Source: a virus
Lineage: Duplodnaviria > Caudoviricetes
Virus record (IMG/VR): IMGVR_UViG_3300029787_000037
Span: 1-59,756 of that record
Reading direction: 5' to 3' (one strand)
DNA length: 59,756 bases
How positions within the stretch are numbered: position 1 is the stretch's first letter; each line of letters begins with the position of its first letter. A program made the translations under genes and the position numbers. Below are positions 1 through 7,696 of this stretch, piece by piece. The notes beneath the pieces are model-generated. The model searched no databases, was not told the DNA's origin, and saw only the letters and a list, made by a program, of their open reading frames with translations.

Positions 1-100
1 CCATGAATGGTGGAGGGGGTGGAGGACTTGCGTGGCTAAACGATTACCCAGTCCAACCTGGGCAAGGATATGTAGTTGTCGTAGGAGCGGGGGGATCAGG
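1..100. repeat. Terminal direct repeat, left copy (circular assembly overlap)
   Basis: Bases 1-100 equal 59657-59756 except position 99 (g vs a); an ORF reads through the junction. Confidence 0.95.
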
Positions 101-812
101 GGGCGCATATTCTTCTGGGTCTACTGCTGGAGGAGAAAGTTTCTTTGTATCCACAGTTACATGCAAAGGGTTTGGTGGAAACCCAGGCCGATATAATCAG
201 GACGTTGCTGGAGGTGGGTGGGTTGCCTCAAACTCATACGGCACCTCTGGTGGGGGTACGGGGGGAACCGCTGACATAACAACCTCCTGGTTTTGGGGGC
301 CAGCGGGCGGGGGTGGCGCGGGCGGTTATTCAGGGAATGGAGGGAATGGAAGGCAGTTAGGACAGTCCAGTGGCCCAAGCGTAGGATCAGGAGGAGGTGC
401 TGGAGGAGGATACCCTGGAACAACAGCATTTTCTTATAATGATACAAGAGGTTGGATCACTGGGGGTGGCGGTGGTACGGCGATACATGGAGAGGGAACT
501 TCTGGTGTTGCTGGTGCTGCTAGTCCGTCAAACCCAGGCGGTGGGGAAGGTTCGGCAGATCGACTAAGTAACACTGCACTAGGTCTGTACTCTCAGCACT
601 CGACTTCAGGCGGCTCTGCAACATCATCGGTAAGCTACGATCAGACGGGTGGTGATTTTGGTGGTGGTGGGGGAGGCCGAAGTAGCACCGCCTATGGTGG
701 TTCTGCCGCTTTGCAGAATGGGGGTAAAGGTGTCGTCCGTATAATTTGGGGGCCAGGGAGAGCTTGGCCTAACATCGGTGATCTATCCTATGTAAATGAG
801 AGTTTCAACTAA
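1..812 (+). CDS. 3' part of glycine-rich tail fibre/virion protein (starts at 59413, crosses the circular junction, ~351 aa)
   Basis: GGGGGG...VVVGAGG and GxGVVRIIWG motifs typical of phage Gly-rich fibre domains; in frame with ATG 59413. Confidence 0.75.
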   Translation, partial: MNGGGGGGLAWLNDYPVQPGQGYVVVVGAGGSGGAYSSGSTAGGESFFVSTVTCKGFGGNPGRYNQDVAGGGWVASNSYGTSGGGTGGTADITTSWFWGPAGGGGAGGYSGNGGNGRQLGQSSGPSVGSGGGAGGGYPGTTAFSYNDTRGWITGGGGGTAIHGEGTSGVAGAASPSNPGGGEGSADRLSNTALGLYSQHSTSGGSATSSVSYDQTGGDFGGGGGGRSSTAYGGSAALQNGGKGVVRIIWGPGRAWPNIGDLSYVNESFN

Positions 813-2125
813 TGCGAAGGAACTCTGGTTACATCACACAAACGAGACACACAATTACTGACGCTGAAGCGGGGGGCGTGTATGACTTACACGACCAAGG
901 TCAGCAGAGAGTTCAAGATGCTTGGCCCCCTACATTGAGATTTACAGATTGTCAGGCGTCAACACTCTCTGCCACTGAGGGTACGGCGATGAATGTCACT
1001 ACTACAGTTACAGGAGGGATAGACGGAAACACGATACCTTACCGTGTGATAACGGTAAGTGGCACAACGATGGTAGATGCAGATTTCTCTGGGATTGTTG
1101 TCTCGGGAGGTACAGGAACCATTAGTAATAACGGAACACAGATGGTGCTTTCATTCTCACCCGTTTCTGGGGATGGGGTAGAGAACAACACGTTCCGAAT
1201 AGAAATATTAGACAACGATGGTAATGTGGCGATAAAGGATAATGGATTTCTTTGTCAAACTCCGACAATAACTTTAACAGACGTAGCTGGTTCACCGCAT
1301 CCATCAGGGCAGGGCGGGGATGTGCAGTGGGAACTTTGGGCAGAAGAAGCTCCTTCAACAAGTAACTTTACATCTAGCACCCAGATTAGCACTCCGTGGG
1401 TAAACTCAAGCCCCGCTGTTGATACTTGGATATCTGCAAATGCTGTCACAAGAACCAGTTTCACCAACTCTGCTGGATTAACTAAGTACTATTTAGAGCT
1501 TCCCCCTGACTCAAACTTTACACTGACCAGTAACTCCAGTGACGGTCCATCGATGATATCGAATGGGGGTTATACTTTCTGGCTGAGTTTTATTGCAGAT
1601 ACCACTCAGAATAATTTCACAAGACCGTTCACTTATAGAGGAGTAGCTGACAAAGATGGCACGATCTCTAGCACCACTCCTTCCACTGCATATCAGTATA
1701 CTGCCCCGCTTGTGTTTTCTTGGAAGAACGGGCTTCGGCTACAAATAAGGAGACCTTCCAATACCACTGGTAGTGGAAGGTATCATTATATCAATAATAT
1801 GAATTATGGCTCAACAATATCATTCAACCTCGTACACTCTTTAAATCTATCTGACGGCTCAGGTAACTATTCTTTCTACAGTAAGGATTATAGCAGCGGG
1901 ACGGTACACGATAATTTATCCGTCTCATCTATGAATTGGATCGGCTCGGTTGGTTACGCCATAAAGAACTCTACTAATACGGGGAGACCGTTCTTTGCAG
2001 ATTCTGCTTATTGGTCCGACTGGAACCCATACTTAAAGCTGTGTTCCGCTGGCTGGATAAACCGACAACTTACCTCAGCAGAACGCACTGATCTATTAGA
2101 TGAACTCAAAACAAGGTATACCTGA
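812..2125 (+). CDS. Putative tail/receptor-binding virion protein, C-terminal beta-sandwich (LamG-like?)
   Basis: 437 aa, S/T-rich; C-terminal 'WINRQLTSAER' resembles LamG domain ends; tail gene context; TAATG coupling. Confidence 0.55.
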   Translation: MRRNSGYITQTRHTITDAEAGGVYDLHDQGQQRVQDAWPPTLRFTDCQASTLSATEGTAMNVTTTVTGGIDGNTIPYRVITVSGTTMVDADFSGIVVSGGTGTISNNGTQMVLSFSPVSGDGVENNTFRIEILDNDGNVAIKDNGFLCQTPTITLTDVAGSPHPSGQGGDVQWELWAEEAPSTSNFTSSTQISTPWVNSSPAVDTWISANAVTRTSFTNSAGLTKYYLELPPDSNFTLTSNSSDGPSMISNGGYTFWLSFIADTTQNNFTRPFTYRGVADKDGTISSTTPSTAYQYTAPLVFSWKNGLRLQIRRPSNTTGSGRYHYINNMNYGSTISFNLVHSLNLSDGSGNYSFYSKDYSSGTVHDNLSVSSMNWIGSVGYAIKNSTNTGRPFFADSAYWSDWNPYLKLCSAGWINRQLTSAERTDLLDELKTRYT

Positions 2126-2127
2126 CC

Positions 2128-2586
2128 ATGACTATGTACTCCCTCAACAAAGCTACCCCCGTAGATACAATGCCAGAGAGGATACGCCTCTCTGACAACT
2201 CAACGCGAACCGACTCAACTACCTTCACCTCGGAAGAATTTACGGATGCTGGGTGGGCAGAAGTAGAAGACAAGCCAAGTGTAAATGAAAAGACCCACAA
2301 AGTTATCTGGAGCGGTGAGGAGTGGCAGACTGTCGCTTTGAGTGTCGATGAGTTACAGACTGTGAAGACCCATACGTTAGATGCTCTGGTTAAACAACGT
2401 GACCAAGAGATCGATGCCTTTGAATGGCGCATCCAGCGGTATCATAGTTTTGCGAGACAGGGGAAAGATCAGATCGATGACATCGCTAAATTAGACAAGT
2501 ACGTGCAAGACCTTCGTGACTGTATAAATAGAGACGACCCTGATGCTACGGTTTTCCCTAGTTGGGAGGTAGGAGAAGAAGTGTAA
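2128..2586 (+). CDS. Tail fibre assembly/chaperone-like protein
   Basis: 'RDQEI...WRIQR...YVQDLRD...FPSW' pattern of tail assembly chaperones; follows fibre genes. Confidence 0.6.
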   Translation: MTMYSLNKATPVDTMPERIRLSDNSTRTDSTTFTSEEFTDAGWAEVEDKPSVNEKTHKVIWSGEEWQTVALSVDELQTVKTHTLDALVKQRDQEIDAFEWRIQRYHSFARQGKDQIDDIAKLDKYVQDLRDCINRDDPDATVFPSWEVGEEV

Positions 2587-2739
2587 AGGTGTGACCACCG
2601 CTACATACAAACTAGGAAGCATCTGGTATATTACGAGAAGACAGTACCTACAGGCTCTCGCTTTAAAAAGAGCGGGAGTATCAAGTGAAAATTTTAAGAG
2701 GCGCAGATGGGAGGTGCGTCAGTCTAGTAGGTAAAGCCT

Positions 2740-3300
2740 ATGGTTGTCGAAGTCATTGCTGGTATTGCCTTGATGAAACAAGGTGTCGGTGCTGTGAAGC
2801 AACTCCTCAACACTGCCGAGGACGTTTCGGAGATCACGCACCATTTAACGGACATTTTGCGTGGGCATGAACAGGTCCAAAAAAAGCTCCATAAAGCGAA
2901 ATCTAAGCCCCTGACCAAGTGGCAGCTTTACTTCAAGCAGACTATTGGTCGGAGCACAGAGGACGAAGCTCACGATAGTCTTGCAGCCATAGCCGCAGAG
3001 GTGATGGAAAAACGGCAAGCTGACCGTGTGCTTCTACAGGTGGAGCGAGCTTGTAACAAACGCTTCCCAGGATCGTGGAAAGAGATCCTAGAGATATACG
3101 AACAGCGGAAGAAAGAAGCGGCAGAGAAAGAGAAAGAGAGACGGATACTAGCGGAAGCCAAGGCGCGGGAAGAGCGAGAGTTCTGGGACCATGTCTACCA
3201 CTGGTTTCTTGAGTTTGGGAAACTCCTCCTCATCGTGATCCTAGTAATCGGGATGGCTTGGTTCATCTGGACAAACCGCTGTACCACGGGGACCTGTTAG
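2740..3300 (+). CDS. Hypothetical coiled-coil protein with C-terminal TM helix
   Basis: 186-aa ORF, AGGT RBS, hydrophobic LLLIVILVIGMAWFIW. Confidence 0.65.
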   Translation: MVVEVIAGIALMKQGVGAVKQLLNTAEDVSEITHHLTDILRGHEQVQKKLHKAKSKPLTKWQLYFKQTIGRSTEDEAHDSLAAIAAEVMEKRQADRVLLQVERACNKRFPGSWKEILEIYEQRKKEAAEKEKERRILAEAKAREEREFWDHVYHWFLEFGKLLLIVILVIGMAWFIWTNRCTTGTC

Positions 3301-3675
3301 ATGTTTGAAGACCCGAGGTTACTCATGCAGATCGGGACTATAGTGGTAACCTTAGCTGGTGGCTGGGCGATGATAAGGTCCTCCTTGGCTACAGCACAAA
3401 GAGATCTCAGAAACCTTGAAGCCTTGTTTAAAGAAAATATGCAAGAGCTTCATGCCCGTGTTGATACCATAGAACAAGACAAGGGTGTCCTAGTCCGACA
3501 GGCTGAGGTGTTCTCTACGATCCTTAGCCCGAAAGAATTACAAATCGCCCACCGAGAGATGGGAGCCTTATTGAATAGGGTGCATCAATTAGAGCAAACC
3601 GTTAAGGCGCATAAAGATCTGTACGACAAGTCACACAATAACACGCATAAGTATGTGCCACCCCCGAAAGGATAA
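3301..3675 (+). CDS. Hypothetical membrane-anchored coiled-coil protein (lysis region)
   Basis: N-terminal TM (IGTIVVTLAGGWAMI) then coiled coil; abuts previous stop. Confidence 0.6.
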   Translation: MFEDPRLLMQIGTIVVTLAGGWAMIRSSLATAQRDLRNLEALFKENMQELHARVDTIEQDKGVLVRQAEVFSTILSPKELQIAHREMGALLNRVHQLEQTVKAHKDLYDKSHNNTHKYVPPPKG

Positions 3676-3680
3676 AGCTG

Positions 3681-3848
3681 ATGAATAAAACAACTGTTGA
3701 TGTCGGCATCGGGGCGGGGGCCATCTCTGTACCAGCGTGGCTCACAACTGCTACCAGTGTTGGCGAGCTAGTCGTCGTCGGACTGGGTATTGGTCTCGTT
3801 TCTATGAGATTAATTATTGCGTGGCGCGAGCTACGCCAATCTAAATAA
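3681..3848 (+). CDS. Small membrane protein, holin-like (55 aa; not in ORF track)
   Basis: MNKTTVDVGIGAGAISVPAWLTTATSVGELVVVGLGIGLVSMRLIIAWRELRQSK; AAGGA RBS; two hydrophobic stretches and basic tail. Confidence 0.6.
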   Translation: MNKTTVDVGIGAGAISVPAWLTTATSVGELVVVGLGIGLVSMRLIIAWRELRQSK

Positions 3849-3877
3849 TTGCGGATGTCCAGACAAAACAGTATACT
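3849..3877 (+). promoter_or_regulatory. Sigma70-like promoter for endolysin region, overlapped by AGACA sites
   Basis: TTGCGG-N17-TATACT. Confidence 0.5.
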
Positions 3878-3889
3878 CAGACATAGTTT

Positions 3890-4159
3890 TTGTCTGGCTT
3901 GTCTGGATTTTCGATGTTCAAAACAATCGTAGTTATTTTAGTTTTAGGACAGGGTCATATAACTCTGGACGATAGCCTTGGGCCTTATGACACAAAACAA
4001 GAGTGCTTCATGCGGGGGGCAGAAATGCTTCACTTTGCTACCACTAAGTTGCCAATAATCTGGGCAAACGTGGGATGCGCCGAAAGACTTAAAAAGGATG
4101 GTCAAGACAACAAGGAAGATACAGAGGAGGAGGATAAGGCAAAGAAGGTCGGCGTTTAG
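3890..4159 (+). CDS. Hypothetical protein with signal-like N-terminus (start probably ATG 3914)
   Basis: MFKTIVVILVLG...GPYDTKQEC...VGC. Confidence 0.55.
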   Translation: MSGLSGFSMFKTIVVILVLGQGHITLDDSLGPYDTKQECFMRGAEMLHFATTKLPIIWANVGCAERLKKDGQDNKEDTEEEDKAKKVGV

Positions 4160-4161
4160 GT

Positions 4162-4602
4162 ATGAAGGCTAGATCAGGAACAGAATTGATTGTTGTTCAT
4201 TGCTCGGACACATACGAGACAATGGACATTGACGCTGAGACGATCCGCAAATGGCACGTTGAAGAGCGCGGATGGTCAGACATTGGCTATCATAAAGTTA
4301 TTCAAAGAGATGGTACGGTAGAACAAGGCCGCGCAGATAATGTCAGTGGCGCACACGCTGCTGGCTATAACGGTGTGAGTTATGCCGTATGTCTAGTGGG
4401 CGGTAGAAGCTCTGAAGATGAAGCAGAAGACAACTTCACCGAGCCTCAATGGCAATCCTTGAAAGAAGTATTGGTCGATCTTCGGGAGACTTACCCTGAA
4501 GCCGATATCCTTGGGCATCGTGATCTGGATGGTGTGAATAAGGAATGTCCCGCATTTGATGTGCGAAAGAAGCTGGCCCAATGGGAAGTATCTCGTTGGT
4601 AG
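4162..4602 (+). CDS. N-acetylmuramoyl-L-alanine amidase endolysin (T7 lysozyme-like)
   Basis: IVVHCS, WH..RGWSDIGYH, GAHA.GYN, GHRD...KECPAFDV zinc-amidase motifs. Confidence 0.93.
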   Translation: MKARSGTELIVVHCSDTYETMDIDAETIRKWHVEERGWSDIGYHKVIQRDGTVEQGRADNVSGAHAAGYNGVSYAVCLVGGRSSEDEAEDNFTEPQWQSLKEVLVDLRETYPEADILGHRDLDGVNKECPAFDVRKKLAQWEVSRW

Positions 4603-4637
4603 GAATGTTAGTTATTAGAGCAATGGAAGGAATACCA

Positions 4638-4724
4638 ATGGCCTACGGAAGCAAGATGAAACCAAAGAAGAAAAAGGCCCCAAAGAAGAAGGGGAAGAAA
4701 ATCGGATACAAGAAGGTCTACTGA
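4638..4724 (+). CDS. 28-aa lysine-rich peptide (not in ORF track)
   Basis: MAYGSKMKPKKKKAPKKKGKKIGYKKVY; GGAAGG RBS; fills the gap to the next ATG. Confidence 0.5.
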   Translation: MAYGSKMKPKKKKAPKKKGKKIGYKKVY

Positions 4725-4726
4725 CT

Positions 4727-6058
4727 ATGTGGGATATGATCTCTAAGTTCACGGGAAAGAACTTTGATAATGCTGCTTGGCTTACACAGGGGCTAGTTAA
4801 CTCCGTCTTGCCTGAAGGGCTAGATAAAGACGAGATCACTTGGGAAGATATGAACCCCAAGTCTCAGGCCGCGCTTCAAAAGTTTATTGATGCTAAATAT
4901 GAAGCGGAACCTTGGACGGGGAAGAGAGGTTTCAAGTACGAGGACCTCAATGACTTCTTTAAGTCGAAGAGTATCTTTGAGGGTGGTGATGCCTTCTCTG
5001 ACGTTGGGGCTTTAAAGACCGCTCTAGGTCAATTTGCTGTAGAGCGATTTGATGACGGGGGCTACGAAGTAAGTGACACATACGACTTTAATAAAGGAAG
5101 TAAGTATGGGGACGCCACATGGGGGAACATAGTCAAAAGTTTCGATCCTTCGATGGAAGCACCTGGGGGTTTTAAGGGACGTGCCTACAGAGCTTTAAGA
5201 TTGCTGGGGGAAAACCGTATACCTGTAGGTAGCCCCAACGCTATGTCGGTGCGGATGAGAATTCCAGGGCGCAAACAAGTTGTCGAGCCGATGGCACCAA
5301 CAGTAACAGATGCGACTGGAAACCAGACCGACGATACTTCTATCTTCCAAAAGATATCCAACTTCATAATGCCTGGTGCTCAAGCGGCAGACAGACAAGA
5401 AGTATACAGACAACCCAATGATGTCTTCACTGATGAGCTTCAAAAGAATGGGTGGGAAGGCGCAACAGTATTGTCACCACAAGAAGAAACCGCCTTCAGA
5501 CAGTGGTTTGTCCAATCACCCTTTTATAAAGAGTTTCAGAATGAGCATGGTAGGGTCCCCGATATAGACGATCCTGACTATGATTATCGCGGACTATGGA
5601 AATCCTACGGCGATGATGCTTTTGCCCGTAACTCTGGTGACGGACGATATCATGGTTTCAGTAGAGCTAAGGATGGGAAGTGGTTGAAGAACCCCGCCAA
5701 GCATCCAACCGCATGGAAAGAAGTTGCCATGTCTGCGCTCAATCCAAAGTTCTTAGCGGAGAGATATAACATTGTTGATGATCGTCAGTTGGCTCAAGCC
5801 ATAGATGCCCCGAACTCAGACAGGGCGGCGTGGGCTAAAATCCTACAGCAAAGCCGTGATTGGGAAGCTAATCAGGCAGCGACGACGGTGGCAGCGGAGA
5901 GGTCGCCAGTGTCCCAGACATACGCAGCCCAACCAAACTACGACAAACTCTCCTTTGGTGAAGCCTTCAGACAAGCAATGAAGAACCCAGACGCTGTCGC
6001 TAAAGGCCGCTTCATGTGGCGGGGCAGACCATATGCAACTCAGTATGCAAAGGGGTAG
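4727..6058 (+). CDS. Hypothetical multi-module phage protein
   Basis: 443-aa ORF; segments 'LGQF...DTYDFN', 'DYDYRG...KHPT', 'SFGEAF...FMWRGRPYAT'. Confidence 0.7.
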   Translation: MWDMISKFTGKNFDNAAWLTQGLVNSVLPEGLDKDEITWEDMNPKSQAALQKFIDAKYEAEPWTGKRGFKYEDLNDFFKSKSIFEGGDAFSDVGALKTALGQFAVERFDDGGYEVSDTYDFNKGSKYGDATWGNIVKSFDPSMEAPGGFKGRAYRALRLLGENRIPVGSPNAMSVRMRIPGRKQVVEPMAPTVTDATGNQTDDTSIFQKISNFIMPGAQAADRQEVYRQPNDVFTDELQKNGWEGATVLSPQEETAFRQWFVQSPFYKEFQNEHGRVPDIDDPDYDYRGLWKSYGDDAFARNSGDGRYHGFSRAKDGKWLKNPAKHPTAWKEVAMSALNPKFLAERYNIVDDRQLAQAIDAPNSDRAAWAKILQQSRDWEANQAATTVAAERSPVSQTYAAQPNYDKLSFGEAFRQAMKNPDAVAKGRFMWRGRPYATQYAKG

Positions 6059-6061
6059 CTA

Positions 6062-6475
6062 ATGTTCGGTTTGGCAGAAAGCGTAGTCGGGGTTGCGGGG
6101 AAGGTCTTAGATAAATTCGTTGAGGACAAGGACCTCAAGACCAAGATCGAAGGCGAATTGAAGGGCCAAATGATCCAGTTGGATTTGGCTCAAGCCCAAG
6201 CAAACGTCGAGGCCGCGAAGCATCCCAGTTTGTTCGTCAGCGGTGCTCGACCAGCTATCCTCTGGATCTGTGCCTTTGGCCTGGGATGGCAGTTTGTCTT
6301 TCAGCCTATCTTTGTCTGGGCAGTAGCTGTGTCTGGAAGTGATCTGGTGATACCCATAATCCCGACTGAGGGCCTGATGTCTTTGACGCTCAGTCTTCTG
6401 GGATTAGGGGCAATGCGATCAGCGGAAAAGTTCAAGGGTAAAGCTAGAGAGAATATGCGATCTACACTGCGATAG
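6062..6475 (+). CDS. Holin, 3-TM (GTA-holin-like family)
   Basis: 'EAAKHPSLFVSGARPAILWIC...LLGLGAMRSAEKFKG' family signature. Confidence 0.85.
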   Translation: MFGLAESVVGVAGKVLDKFVEDKDLKTKIEGELKGQMIQLDLAQAQANVEAAKHPSLFVSGARPAILWICAFGLGWQFVFQPIFVWAVAVSGSDLVIPIIPTEGLMSLTLSLLGLGAMRSAEKFKGKARENMRSTLR

Positions 6476-6692
6476 TGTTATGGCGCATTTTTTCCCTAAC
6501 CCATAGACCAAAGAACAACGCTATAAGGGCTGGCTGGATAATTATGAACAGCCAAATGTTGAGGGCCTCATATGAGATGCCCGTCAGACCACATATGTAA
6601 TACATGATCTTCACACAAGCGACGAAGACTGTGTCCACCATATCCTGTGGGACCCAATCAAATGCCGCCCTTACTCGTTCCTGTAGTGTCAT
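6462..6692 (-). CDS. Small membrane protein
   Basis: AGGAG RBS; 'GISYEALNIWLFIIIQP' hydrophobic motif; co-oriented with hsp20. Confidence 0.6.
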   Translation of the reverse strand: MTLQERVRAAFDWVPQDMVDTVFVACVKIMYYICGLTGISYEALNIWLFIIIQPALIALFFGLWVREKMRHNTIAV

Positions 6693-6706
6693 CTGTCTTA
6701 CTCTCC

Positions 6707-7183
6707 TTAGTTCATCTCAAGGATATCGATCTTACGAGGTTTCTTCTCCTCGGGTACGTGCCGATCTATATCAACCCGTAGCATACCGTTCTTGAAGGTA
6801 CTGCTATTAACCACAACATCGTCAGCTAGCTGAAAGCTCAACGTGAACTTCCGTTCAGCTATACCTTTATGGATGTCATCCCCCAAGTGGGCAGGGTCTA
6901 CATCCGTCATGTCGGTACGCTCTGCATAAGCCTCATTGGTTTTGATGGTGAGGGTGTTATCAGTTTCCTCTACATCAATATCGGCAGAACTAAACCCTGC
7001 TAATGCGACCCTGATCACATATCTATCAGGGTGCGCCTCGCACATCTCGTAATAGGTGATGTTGTAAGCAGGGTACTTGGTTGGCTCTACCATCCGCATG
7101 TTGCGAGATAGCTCATCGAAGATACGATCAAAGCCAATGGAGTAGGGACGGAAGGTGGGTATATTTAAGGATAGAGTATTCAT
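6707..7183 (-). CDS. Small heat-shock protein Hsp20 (IbpA-like)
   Basis: IGFDRIF, YPAYNI, VALAGFS, HKGIAERKF.LSFQLA, NGML.VD, VPEEKKPRKIDI. Confidence 0.95.
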   Translation of the reverse strand: MNTLSLNIPTFRPYSIGFDRIFDELSRNMRMVEPTKYPAYNITYYEMCEAHPDRYVIRVALAGFSSADIDVEETDNTLTIKTNEAYAERTDMTDVDPAHLGDDIHKGIAERKFTLSFQLADDVVVNSSTFKNGMLRVDIDRHVPEEKKPRKIDILEMN

Positions 7184-7240
7184 GCTGATAAACTCCTTTT
7201 CAGCGAGTTAAATATGTGGTCCCGATTGGCAACCACTACA
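7184..7240 (-). promoter_or_regulatory. ROSE-like RNA thermometer in hsp20 5' UTR
   Basis: Minus strand: hairpin GUGGU..ACCAC, then AACUCGCU-GAAA-AGGAGUU, with UCGCU pairing the SD and a bulged G. Confidence 0.75.
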
Positions 7241-7243
7241 GAT

Positions 7244-7272
7244 AATATAGTATGAAATGCAGACAAGAACAA
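7244..7272 (-). promoter_or_regulatory. Putative hsp20 promoter
   Basis: TTGTTC-N17-TATATT on minus strand. Confidence 0.45.
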
Positions 7273-7277
7273 CGACT

Positions 7278-7335
7278 GACCCGCTGATTATTTGTCTGGA
7301 CCCGCTGATTATGTGTCTAGTTCCGCTGATTTATG
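7278..7335 (+). repeat. Three 21-bp-period repeats containing CCGCTGATT
   Basis: gacccgctgattatttgtctg / gacccgctgattatgtgtcta / gttccgctgatttatg. Confidence 0.85.
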
Positions 7336-7340
7336 GGAGT

Positions 7341-7679
7341 AAGTATGATTAAAACATTAGAACAGGTATGACCAAAGGTATGACCGATCATGGTATGACC
7401 GCCCTAAGTTGTTGATGTTGTTTGATGTGTTTGTCTGGGGCCGAAGGATTACAAATCAGCCGCTCTACCAACTGAGCTAAACCGGCTTATAGGTGAATTA
7501 TCAAACAAAACAACAACTTAGAGCAATCAAAGTCATAGTGTTTTCAACCACTTATATGACATCATATGACACCATATGACACCATATGACAACAAAAGTA
7601 TGACGGAAAGTATGACCGAAAAAGTATGACCGAGCATATCAAAAGTATGACCGAGCATATCAAAAGTATGACCGAGCAT
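7341..7679. mobile_element. attP: arm-type TATGAC repeats on both sides, two IHF-like sites, tRNA-Thr core
   Basis: GGTATGACC x3 (7364-7400); ATATGACANC x4 (7554-7593); AAGTATGACSG x5 (7595-7679); IHF-like sites near 7405-7417 and 7508-7520; adjacent to int 3' end. Confidence 0.88.
7447..7486 (-). other. attP core: 5' 40 nt of tRNA-Thr(TGT), not a full tRNA
   Basis: GCCGGTTTAGCTCAGTTGGTAGAGCGGCTGATTTGTAATC = acceptor 5' strand, D-arm, anticodon loop TTTGTAA; similarity stops 2 nt after the loop. Confidence 0.9.
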
Positions 7680-7696
7680 TTTTTTTCGGCGTCCGT

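Noticed and set aside
7410-7486. Complete tRNA-Thr gene
   Set aside because: No T-arm or 3' acceptor strand after position 40
7554-7679. Repeat array as a mini-CRISPR
   Set aside because: Units are 10-21 bp and abut with no unique spacers; position next to int and the tRNA core fits att arm sites
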